A DNA stretch of 32,000 bases. It comes from Psychrobacter cryohalolentis K5 (GTDB taxonomy: Bacteria; Pseudomonadota; Gammaproteobacteria; Pseudomonadales; Moraxellaceae). The notes under the pieces are model-generated. The model was given only the letters and a program-made list of their open reading frames with translations. It was not told where the DNA came from and did no database searches. The position numbers and the translations under genes were made by a program. Positions 8,959 to 16,686 of the stretch are shown piece after piece. Each line of letters opens with the position of its first letter. Position 1 is the first letter of the stretch. The DNA lies in NCBI RefSeq assembly GCF_000013905.1, contig NC_007968.1, positions 9,222-41,221 of the forward strand, written 5' to 3'.

Positions 8959-9938
8959 ACCCCACTCTCAACTTGAAATAAGCAAATCAAACTGAAGAGG
9001 CGGATTACCAAGTTTTTTGTTGAGTACAAAGCACAGATTGTGTGAAAGAATCTTACGAATCAATCGATGAGACAAATGCCATAAATCTCTTGCTCGTACC
9101 CTTTGTATATTAAATCGTTCTGATAGCTGACCAATGACTGTTTCAACGATACGGCGGGCTTTCATTAGCCGCCTTACCACAGGTTTGGGTCTATCCTCTT
9201 TCATGTTGGCTCTGAGTGGCGTTTGTAAATCCACGCCTTGAGCGTCGTAGTACGATGTCAGACTAGGGCTGATATACCCTTTATCAGCGCCAAGCAGCCC
9301 ATGAATATGAGTGGTGATTTCTGGGGCAACCGCTCTTTCATCAACATTGGCAGGAGCAAAGGTAAAGCCTTTAATCATGCCCGATAAGTTAACAAGCAAA
9401 TGGCCTTCAAAGCCATAGTACCTCTCTTGCTTAGCGGCACAGTAGCTAAAAGCTGCTAAGTCTTGATAATTCTTATGCCGATAAGCGCGTCCATAATGAC
9501 AGACGGGTATCGGAAAGCCATCCATAAAATGAATGTTGTCACGGCCTTCAATTTGACTGACTTTATCTTGTATCTGCTGTTTGACTTGCCACAGATTGGC
9601 GCAGTGCTTTGCGAAGTTAGGGTATGAGCCGATGGCTGGAAACCAGTCTTGCCAATGCTGGGTAAAGTATTGCCAAATTTGTTTTTCTTGATCTAGGTGT
9701 AAAAATTCACCGACCATCTCCATGCAAATAACCTCAGGATCACTTAGCTTTGGCGCGTAACCTGCACTTCGCAAGGGTTTGGTGACGACTATTTTGTAAT
9801 ATTGCTCTACCATTAAATAGATATTGATGATAAATTCGTCTATGGGCATCTCACAACTCCATTGTATTCTTGGTCGAAAACAATAGATTAGTGAGGTGCT
9901 CTTCTTTTTTCAATCACTTTCGAAGTTGAGAGTCGGGT
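8959..9938 (-). mobile_element. IS982-family insertion sequence, intact, with an 8-bp target-site duplication
   Basis: Terminal IRs ACCCCACTCTCAACTTGAAA (8959-) and the reverse complement of TTTCGAAGTTGAGAGTCGGGT (-9938), with 1 mismatch and 1 indel. Direct repeat TAATTACT at 8951-8958 and 9939-9946. Confidence 0.9.
8968..9849 (-). CDS. IS982-family DDE transposase
   Basis: 293-aa uninterrupted ORF filling the element. The N-terminal YYKIVVTKPLRSAGYAPKLSDPEVICMEMVGEFL pattern is typical of IS982 transposases. Confidence 0.85.
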   Translation of the reverse strand: MPIDEFIINIYLMVEQYYKIVVTKPLRSAGYAPKLSDPEVICMEMVGEFLHLDQEKQIWQYFTQHWQDWFPAIGSYPNFAKHCANLWQVKQQIQDKVSQIEGRDNIHFMDGFPIPVCHYGRAYRHKNYQDLAAFSYCAAKQERYYGFEGHLLVNLSGMIKGFTFAPANVDERAVAPEITTHIHGLLGADKGYISPSLTSYYDAQGVDLQTPLRANMKEDRPKPVVRRLMKARRIVETVIGQLSERFNIQRVRARDLWHLSHRLIRKILSHNLCFVLNKKLGNPPLQFDLLISS

Positions 9939-10239
9939 TAATTACTGTAAGTAATTATGATGGTTCCGTATAAGGAAACCCTCGTTGCTTCCATAACAGA
10001 CGTTATAAAAAATGACGTTGGATAGAAGGATTCGGTTTCATTAGCATTGGTTCTAGCGCCAGACTTTCAAAATCAATCTACAGTTACTCAGACGTTCAAA
10101 AAATTGCTCAGTTTTAGCATTAGCTAGTCGCAACAGTCTCCAAGGATCTGGGAAATCTTGTTCACATAATCATGTATATTAGGTCTTATTTGACGTACAG
10201 TAACCCTCAACACTAATAAGATTACAAGGATGTGATCAA

Positions 10240-11049
10240 ATGACTCAAGCTACCTATCAAACACCTAACGCTAAACCTCAGTTAACAGTATGCATTATCA
10301 ATTCGTCCGGAAATTCCGGTAAGACTATTAGTGGCAGATGGTTAGTTAAACCGCGCCTCCAAGATCCAAAATATTATAGAATTGGATTCAATGATAGAAA
10401 CATTAGTGGAGATGAGATTTTTGCGACTGTAGACAAACTTAGAGATGTACATGTTGAGCTAATGATGGGTACATCCGTTATTGTTGAAGTGGAGATATCT
10501 GAATTTGAGCGTACTATTGATCGGATGGATCAAATGATGGGATGTCATGAAGATTATGATTTTTTCCTGGTGCCAGTGGTTGATTCATCACCCAAATTAA
10601 TCGCAGATAGTATTGGAACGATCAAAATATTAGTCAACATGGGCGTACCGCCTCATAAAATCAGAATACTGTTTAACAGAGACCCTAGTAGACACTCTGC
10701 CTATGACTATTTTGAAGAACTGACAGATACTCTTGATGAGCTTAAAATACCTTATGATCTGAACGCTCAGTTTCAATGTTATGACTTTTACGAAAAACTA
10801 GAAGCACTAAACCTTTCTTTCGAAGATCTCACAGAACATAATTTAATAGACGCTAAGGCACACTTAAAGAAAATAAAAGAGAAAGGTAAAATCCATAGAT
10901 TAACGGATACTCAGAAGGCCGCAAAAGCATTCTATGCTCAAGTTGTGCTGGTTCAAAGAGCTGCCCTTGCCTATAAATCAGAACATGATGAAGTGTTTGA
11001 AATCTTATTTCAAAATTATCCAGAGTCTGATATGGCTGAAAGTTGTTAG
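10240..11049 (+). CDS. ParA/StbB-like P-loop protein (putative plasmid stability function)
   Basis: The N-terminal LTVCIINSSGNSGKTISGRWLVKPRL resembles the deviant Walker A (NFSGNVGKS...LL.PRL) that I associate with StbB-type proteins. The rest of the protein is not recognisable. Confidence 0.4.
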   Translation: MTQATYQTPNAKPQLTVCIINSSGNSGKTISGRWLVKPRLQDPKYYRIGFNDRNISGDEIFATVDKLRDVHVELMMGTSVIVEVEISEFERTIDRMDQMMGCHEDYDFFLVPVVDSSPKLIADSIGTIKILVNMGVPPHKIRILFNRDPSRHSAYDYFEELTDTLDELKIPYDLNAQFQCYDFYEKLEALNLSFEDLTEHNLIDAKAHLKKIKEKGKIHRLTDTQKAAKAFYAQVVLVQRAALAYKSEHDEVFEILFQNYPESDMAESC

Positions 11050-11194
11050 ACTAACTGCCCATTAAAATTCGTAGGTGAACTTCTTATTCAGGCCAGGATC
11101 ACAAAGGGTATTTCTATCTTCTAAAGAATAATAATTGCTAGCATCAAAGCAAATGTTACCATCTATGCAATTACTCATTTACTCATGTGAACAT

Positions 11195-11241
11195 ATGAGT
11201 ATATACTCATTTGAGTAAAAACTTATATGAGTATATACTCA
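11195..11241. promoter_or_regulatory. parA operator / centromere-like palindromes
   Basis: Two copies of the 14-bp perfect palindrome TGAGTATATACTCA at 11196-11209 and 11228-11241, just upstream of the parA ATG. Confidence 0.7.
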
Positions 11242-11258
11242 AATACGGAATCATTTTC

Positions 11259-11894
11259 ATGAAAGTAATAGCGGTATTAAATCAAAAGGGCGGAAGCGGC
11301 AAAACGACAATCGCTACTCAATTAGCCCGAGGTCTACAGCTGCAAGGGCATAGTGTGTTGTTAGTTGATAGCGACCAACAAGGTAGTGCGCGTGATTGGA
11401 GAGCAGTTGATGAAGATAACCCTGTGCCAGTTATTGGATTAGATAGACCAACTTTGGATAAAGATTTAAAAAACGTATCTGATAAAGAATTTGTAGTTAT
11501 TGACGGTTCTCCGCAAGCAACCACTCTTGCTATATCTGCAATTAAGGCTGCTGATTTTATACTGATACCAGTACAACCAAGTCCTTATGATGTCTGGGCT
11601 ACTAGCGATCTAGTAGATCTAGTTAAACAGCGCATCGAGATGACTGATGGTAAATTGAAGGCCGCTTTTGTGGTATCTAGGGCAATCCAAAATACCAATA
11701 TCGGCAAAGAAGTGGCAACTGTTTTATTAGATTATGGTTTGCCTGTTCTGGACACTCGGATAATGCAGCGTGTGAGTTACCCAAATAGTGCCTCATTAGG
11801 TAAAACGGTATTCGATACAGAGTCAGCTAATAGCAATGCTGTACAAGAAATGACGGCTTTGGTCAATGAAGTTAAAACATTTTTCGATGAATAA
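11259..11894 (+). CDS. parA: ParA partition ATPase (type Ib)
   Basis: Starts [17 protein letters not shown] (deviant Walker A), about 211 aa. The ORF-track start at 11211 would add 16 non-homologous residues that overlap the operator. Confidence 0.92.
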   Translation: MKVIAVLNQKGGSGKTTIATQLARGLQLQGHSVLLVDSDQQGSARDWRAVDEDNPVPVIGLDRPTLDKDLKNVSDKEFVVIDGSPQATTLAISAIKAADFILIPVQPSPYDVWATSDLVDLVKQRIEMTDGKLKAAFVVSRAIQNTNIGKEVATVLLDYGLPVLDTRIMQRVSYPNSASLGKTVFDTESANSNAVQEMTALVNEVKTFFDE

Positions 11895-11906
11895 TGAGGT
11901 ATAGAC

Positions 11907-12110
11907 ATGAAAGCAGGTAGACCAAGTAGAGACGCCAAAAACACCTTAGATTTATCAGATGTGACTAATGCTCCGAAAAAGACAGTAAGAGTTAACTTCA
12001 ATCTAGATGAAGAAAAGTACATATTGTTAAAACAATATGCACTCAATAACCGTAAGACAGTGACTCAGCTATTAACTGATATGATCGATGAAAAAATAGT
12101 TGAACGATGA
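11907..12110 (+). CDS. Small RHH centromere-binding protein (ParG-like)
   Basis: 67 aa, immediately downstream of parA. The C-terminal VRVNFNLDEEKYILLKQYALNNRKTVTQLLTDMI shows a ribbon-helix-helix pattern. Confidence 0.75.
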   Translation: MKAGRPSRDAKNTLDLSDVTNAPKKTVRVNFNLDEEKYILLKQYALNNRKTVTQLLTDMIDEKIVER

Positions 12111-12367
12111 ATAAAATATGTCGCGAGCCACTGTTTGATTTTGTGTATGTATTTATCTAAATGGCAGTTACACAGAGTTCAGGATGGTTTCTCTAAGAGA
12201 GCAGCGCCAAGAGCAGTTGACGTTACAACGGCTAGCAGTAAAAATTGATATATCTGATAAAGATATAGAAATTTAATCATTATTTTTACCTGTTAGAATC
12301 ATGTTTCTTATTATATCCATGTATGTCGACATACCTAATATACATCTTTGACTAGATTAGAGTATTT

Positions 12368-13378
12368 ATGAGCAATTTAATAAAAAGTATTAGAATAAAA
12401 AGATTGTTTGATGAAAAAGACGTTAGTTGGGAACTAAAAAAAATTAATGTCTTAGTTGGTAAGAATGGATTGGGTAAATCTACTATTCTTAGGTTGATAA
12501 ATGCTGCCGTCACTTTAAAACAAGTTGAAGACTTAAATTTATGTGAAGAAGTAAGCGTAGTAATGAAAGATGAAGAAAAATACACTTCGAAAAAAAATAA
12601 TTTAATAGATATTGAGATGTTAAAATTAGTTATAGAGGAGCTATCAAGGTTTGAAAAAAATTCTAGGAAAGATAAAAATTCAGATAGCCATTATGTAAAA
12701 TATAAAAGATTAAGCAATGATGAACTAAAAGAATTAACGACAGATTTGTTCAAAAAAATAAATAAAAATGCAACTAACTATGAAATAGAGGATAATGATA
12801 AGAAATTAAATATCAAAAGAGATAATCAAGTTTTTAAACCTAAAAAAAAGATGCCTGTAGAGTTTATATCTACGATAAATATGAGTGCGAACTCAGTAAA
12901 TAACGTTATTGAGAGTGACGGAAATAAGACAACTTTTTTAGACGTAGAGATTGATAAGGAAGTAGAAAGACTAAATAAGGATCATAGAAACAAAGATGAA
13001 CTACAAGAAAAGTTTATGAGTTCGTTAAACAATTTTTTTGAAGAAACCAACAAAAAAGTAGAGTTTGTAGACGATAAGATAGAAATACTACTAATTAGTG
13101 GAAAGAGAATAGACTATCGCAACTTATCTTCTGGAGAAAGGCAGTTAATATTTATATTCCTAAAAATAATAAATGGCGGCGTTGATAACTCATTGATATT
13201 AATGGATGAACCAGAAATATCATTACATCTTTCATGGCAAGAAAAACTATTAACAGAGATCACAAATGCTAATAGCTCAAGCCAGATGATAATAGTAACT
13301 CATAGCCCAGCTCTAGTTATGGACGGTTGGCTAGACAACTTCATAGACATAAAAACCATAACAGAAGAAGTGTGGTGA
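12368..13378 (+). CDS. ABC/AAA_21-type ATPase (AriA-like)
   Basis: Walker A GKNGLGKST (12458-12484), ABC signature LSSGERQ, Walker B LILMDEPE, H-loop IIVTHSP. Very AT-rich coding sequence. Confidence 0.85.
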   Translation: MSNLIKSIRIKRLFDEKDVSWELKKINVLVGKNGLGKSTILRLINAAVTLKQVEDLNLCEEVSVVMKDEEKYTSKKNNLIDIEMLKLVIEELSRFEKNSRKDKNSDSHYVKYKRLSNDELKELTTDLFKKINKNATNYEIEDNDKKLNIKRDNQVFKPKKKMPVEFISTINMSANSVNNVIESDGNKTTFLDVEIDKEVERLNKDHRNKDELQEKFMSSLNNFFEETNKKVEFVDDKIEILLISGKRIDYRNLSSGERQLIFIFLKIINGGVDNSLILMDEPEISLHLSWQEKLLTEITNANSSSQMIIVTHSPALVMDGWLDNFIDIKTITEEVW

Positions 13379-13383
13379 GCGAC

Positions 13384-14370
13384 ATGTCAGAGTTTCATGA
13401 CTTCTTTACTAGTAAAAATTTTATTGGCGCTTATAACGTTTTTTCATCTGGAGATATTAAAGATAAAAATAAAGGGATTATTTATGTTGAAGATGCCTCT
13501 GATTACTCATTTTGGGAAGGGTTTATTGGCTATCATTACCCAAATGAATATATGTGCCGCCCTTCTTCAAAAGAAGGTAAAACAGTAACTGGCAAGAGGT
13601 TTTTAGAGAAAATATATAAAGATGCTAATGAAAAGATAATAATCGCAGTTGATAGTGACTATGACTACATTGCTTCTAAGGTACAAGAAGACCACATATT
13701 CAATCATAATAAATATGTTATCCATACTCATGGATTTAGTAGAGAGAGTGTCCAGATTGAAAAAGATAGTTTAGATCATTTTTTCAAGCTATGTAGGTTA
13801 ACTATCCCTAACACCGTTAACTTATCAAGCTTCTTAAATGATTTCTCTGAAATAGCTTTTAAAGGACTGGCTAAATATATTGTTATTCTCAATAGAATTG
13901 ATTACAGCAATATATATGATAGCGAATTCAATTCATGTTTCCATCTTCTTGATGAAAACATGGTTGATGAGAACTTACTAATCAGCAAATCCGGTATTGA
14001 AAAAATAGAGAAGAAAATGGACTTATTCTTCGATGATAAATGCATCTACGAAGACGATATAATAAAATCAGAATATTTCTTAAATGATATAGGAATTAAT
14101 AGGGATAATGCTTATAGGTTTATATCAGGTCATGTTCTTTTTGACTTAATCAAAAAAATACATAAAATAAATTTATCTCAGCTAATGAAACACGAGATAA
14201 AGAATATCAATAAGAATGTAACTGGAAATGAAATAAAAGACAGGGTTAATCAAGTAAAGACTCGGTTTAATGACTCCTTTAGCTTTGATACTTACTGTCA
14301 TATGCGTCAAGTAGATCTTGAAGATGAAGTCCATAAGTTCATACTCTCAGCCATTAAAAATATTAAATGA
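13384..14370 (+). CDS. DUF4435/TOPRIM (OLD-type) nuclease-like protein (AriB-like)
   Basis: The ATG at 13384 lies 5 nt after the ATPase stop. TOPRIM-like IIYVED (Glu codon 13489-13491) and AVDSDYD (DxD at 13651-13659), about 54 residues apart. The ATPase + DUF4435 pairing is the PARIS architecture. Confidence 0.7.
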   Translation: MSEFHDFFTSKNFIGAYNVFSSGDIKDKNKGIIYVEDASDYSFWEGFIGYHYPNEYMCRPSSKEGKTVTGKRFLEKIYKDANEKIIIAVDSDYDYIASKVQEDHIFNHNKYVIHTHGFSRESVQIEKDSLDHFFKLCRLTIPNTVNLSSFLNDFSEIAFKGLAKYIVILNRIDYSNIYDSEFNSCFHLLDENMVDENLLISKSGIEKIEKKMDLFFDDKCIYEDDIIKSEYFLNDIGINRDNAYRFISGHVLFDLIKKIHKINLSQLMKHEIKNINKNVTGNEIKDRVNQVKTRFNDSFSFDTYCHMRQVDLEDEVHKFILSAIKNIK

Positions 14371-14529
14371 TAAGTATCAAGTTACTCATACTGTAAATAG
14401 TCTTTGATAGGACGTTTTTTGAACTTTGAGGCGTCTTTTTGGGAGCTTCCTAAGCATTTTATAAGTGAGTGTCTAGGCTGAGTGTACACCTACATGGATT
14501 TCAGGATACTATCGACTATTCATATTTGA

Positions 14530-14826
14530 CTAATGATCTAACAAATACTCTTCTAGCGCATCGTTAATCATATCTTGGTAGTTTCCGCCGGTCTTTTTAG
14601 CCCTATCCTGGAATCTAGCAATGATACTAGGACTCACGCTACTGGCACCGACCATAGAATCACTTGGCACTACGCTGCCACGGGTCGCACTCGACCAGTC
14701 CGTCACTTCAGGCATATCAGACAAATCAATATCATGATCTAAAAGTACCGCCAATCGTTGCAAGTTTGCTTCTTGCGCAGCGCTTAAAGACGGTAACTCA
14801 TTTGCTTTATAGCTAACCTTGTTCAT
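14530..14826 (-). CDS. brnA: BrnA-family antitoxin (CopG/RHH C-terminus)
   Basis: 98 aa from ATG 14826 (GGAGG upstream). LQRLAVLLDHDIDLSDMPEVTDW and the C-terminal GGNYQDMINDALEEYL are BrnA-like. Confidence 0.8.
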   Translation of the reverse strand: MNKVSYKANELPSLSAAQEANLQRLAVLLDHDIDLSDMPEVTDWSSATRGSVVPSDSMVGASSVSPSIIARFQDRAKKTGGNYQDMINDALEEYLLDH

Positions 14827-15197
14827 AAAACCTCCTTTCAACCTTAGTGGCAGGTCGTGCTGATATGATACGAATAACCTCACCACCCTCACCATCTCTT
14901 TGAGTATGAGCAACAAAGTGCTTGAAAAAACAGTAAATGAAGCGAGAAAACAGTAAATGAAGCGAGAAAACAGCAAATGAAGCGAGAAAACAGTCCTCAA
15001 AAAAATATTGTTTTAGGGACTTTTAATAATTATTTCACCGCACTAAGCGCTTGCTACCGCTCTTCACCGTTTTCATATCGGTCTTGTTGACGCAAACACA
15101 AAGGATCAAAAAATACCCGAGCTGCTTCTTCAAAGCATAAGCCATGTTTGCGTTGATTACTGCTATTTTTCTGTTCATCCCATTCAAATTCAATCAT
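14813..15197 (-). pseudogene. brnT: brnT (DUF497 toxin) pseudogene: nonsense codon plus repeat-containing insertion
   Basis: From ATG 15197: MIEFEWDEQKNSSNQRKHGLCFEEAARVFFDPLCLRQQDRYENGEER, then TAG at 15056-15054, where the family has Trp. The C-terminal fragment HFVAHTQRDGEGGEVIRIISARPATKVERRFYEQG ends at 14813 and overlaps the brnA start. About 110 bp of foreign sequence, including the 3 x 20-bp repeats, lies in between. Confidence 0.8.
14931..14990. repeat. 20-bp tandem repeat x3 (CAGTAAATGAAGCGAGAAAA; the third copy has 1 mismatch)
   Basis: Read directly from the sequence. Located inside the disrupted brnT. Confidence 0.95.
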
Positions 15198-15394
15198 TGA
15201 TCACCGTCTTCAAGCGTATTGGTACTAGGCATTGTCTGGTAATCAAAAGACAGCGGTATGCTATTGGTTTCTGCTACCTGATGCAAAAATAACTTAATCG
15301 CCTGAGAAGGCGTTAAACCATAGCCTTCAAGCACCGAAAACGCCTTGTCTTTTAATTCTTGATCGAGACGGATATTATAATTGGTTGTGCTCAT
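15194..15394 (-). CDS. RelB/DinJ-family antitoxin
   Basis: 66 aa. NIRLDQELKDKAFSVLEGYGLTPSQAIKLFLHQV is the DinJ/RelB RHH signature. Its stop overlaps the brnT ATG (ATGA). Confidence 0.85.
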   Translation of the reverse strand: MSTTNYNIRLDQELKDKAFSVLEGYGLTPSQAIKLFLHQVAETNSIPLSFDYQTMPSTNTLEDGDQ

Positions 15395-15398
15395 AGCA

Positions 15399-15442
15399 TT
15401 ACTTATCGCTTATTTATGTACCGTCAATATAAGCGATAAGTA
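15399..15442. promoter_or_regulatory. Operator-like inverted repeat upstream of the DinJ-family gene
   Basis: Perfect 15-bp arms, TTACTTATCGCTTAT (15399-15413) and ATAAGCGATAAGTAA (15428-15442), starting 5 bp upstream of the start codon. Confidence 0.6.
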
Positions 15443-15495
15443 ACGTCAATTCAATAATTTTAGGGCTTTGGTTTTTTACGAACAATAATAATATG

Positions 15496-15756
15496 CTACT
15501 CATTCAATTCATGCAGAAAATTATCAATTCTCTGTTTTAGCTGTTTTTGTATGACGTAGAGTTCGCTCGCGCTACATTCTCTTAGCATACTTTCCTCATC
15601 TTTTAGCTCAAACATCTTTTTACGTATGCTATCGCTATGGGCTTCGTTTTCTAAACCAAAGGTGTTAAGACGCCCCATTTGACGGTAGTATTCTCGTTGT
15701 GCCTCTTCAAACATCATGAAATGGTTACTTGCTACTGATACACCTCGAATACTCAT
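15496..15756 (-). CDS. Hypothetical protein (86 aa, helical/acidic)
   Basis: ORF with GGAG upstream (AAAGGAGCAATCTATG on the minus strand). No recognisable motif. Confidence 0.5.
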   Translation of the reverse strand: MSIRGVSVASNHFMMFEEAQREYYRQMGRLNTFGLENEAHSDSIRKKMFELKDEESMLRECSASELYVIQKQLKQRIDNFLHELNE

Positions 15757-15823
15757 AGATTGCTCCTTTTTACACTAGGAAAATGTCCCTTTATGAAATT
15801 TTTATTTATCTATTATCAATAAC

Positions 15824-16225
15824 TTACCTATCAAGAAGAGATCTATTTCTTTTATTTGCTAGCTTCGCTTCGAATCTCTTCATAGCCGTATCTAATTCTT
15901 CATGTGTGGGCTGTACATAGGACTCATCATTAGGTTCTGTATTACTGTCTTGGATTGGGTCATTAGAATATAAGTCAACAAAAACTTGTTTTCTCACCTC
16001 AGGCTTAACCTCAATATCACTACTAGAATTATCTGTTGCTACAGATAAATCCTTTGATTCTTTTCTATAGCGGTAAAGATAATTGGTCAGTGTGCCAGTC
16101 GTTAGAATGAGGTCATGGCGCTCAGCTAATATCTCAACCACACCTTCATAGGTATATGAAACAGCCAGCTCTTCGATCACCTCATAAAGATCACGAAATT
16201 TGGAAAACTTTGTTCTCTTAGCCAT
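15824..16225 (-). CDS. Hypothetical protein (133 aa), possible DNA-binding protein
   Basis: ORF directly downstream of the 11-bp phased repeat array. The N-terminal basic/helical region (KRTKFSKFRDLYEVIEELA...TLTNYLYRYRK) might be an HTH. No family recognised. Confidence 0.5.
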   Translation of the reverse strand: MAKRTKFSKFRDLYEVIEELAVSYTYEGVVEILAERHDLILTTGTLTNYLYRYRKESKDLSVATDNSSSDIEVKPEVRKQVFVDLYSNDPIQDSNTEPNDESYVQPTHEELDTAMKRFEAKLANKRNRSLLDR

Positions 16226-16285
16226 AAATTACTCTCTATTTGGTTTTTAGCGGTCACTAATATGAGTACAAGGTGCTATTTATAG

Positions 16286-16424
16286 TTTGCTCATAATTTG
16301 CTAGCGAAATGCTCGCAGTTTGCTTAGTTTTTGCTTGTATTTTGCTCATAATACAGCTTTCTTATTATATTTGCTCATAATTTGCTAGTGAAATGCTCGT
16401 AGTTTGCTTAGTTTTTGCTTGTGT
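16286..16424. repeat. Two blocks of 11-bp phased iterons (consensus TTTGCTnnnnn): six units at 16286-16351, five units at 16370-16424
   Basis: TGCT cores at 16288, 16299, 16310, 16321, 16332 and 16343, then at 16372, 16383, 16394, 16405 and 16416, spaced exactly 11 bp within each block. The blocks also form a 53-bp direct repeat with 2 mismatches. Confidence 0.9.
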
Positions 16425-16434
16425 AACGCTCTTA

Positions 16435-16594
16435 TAAGCCTTTTTAGCCAAAAAGGCTTACCACAGGTAGAAAATAACCGATTTTTCTACCTGATTTTTG
16501 GTCATTAAATTATCCAATTTAATGACTACACCTTACGCACCCTCTCGGGATGAAAAAAATCGTCTTAAATCAGCAACTTACCTGATTTAAGACG
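16435..16594. other. Cluster of four perfect hairpins with a MOBQ-like nic-like sequence (candidate oriT)
   Basis: Stems: 16435-16460 (11 bp), 16464-16493 (11 bp), 16501-16526 (11 bp, GTCATTAAATT/AATTTAATGAC) and 16561-16594 (13 bp). CCTTACGCACCCTC (16531-16544) lies 4 nt after the third hairpin and resembles the RSF1010-type TAAGTGCGCCCTC nic region as I remember it. Confidence 0.45.
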
Positions 16595-16686
16595 CTCTTT
16601 TCTGTACACAAAATGTTTACAAAATAGACTTAAGTAACTGATTTTTATGATATATTTCTGTCTACAATCTGTAAACAAGGATAATC

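Noticed and set aside
13327-13383. ORF-track start at 13327 for the DUF4435-like gene
   Set aside because: It would overlap the ATPase gene by 52 nt and add a basic, non-homologous leader. The ATG at 13384 lies just after the ATPase stop.
12368-14370. ATPase + TOPRIM, considered as Gabija or a class 1/2 OLD nuclease
   Set aside because: The ATPase and TOPRIM-like domains are on separate proteins and there is no UvrD-like helicase partner. The DUF4435-type layout fits PARIS better.
14530-15000. 156-aa ORF in the ORF track, read as a single gene
   Set aside because: Only the last 98 codons (from ATG 14826, with GGAGG upstream) are BrnA-like. The upstream part is read-through across the brnT C-terminal remnant (in a different frame) and the 20-bp tandem repeats.
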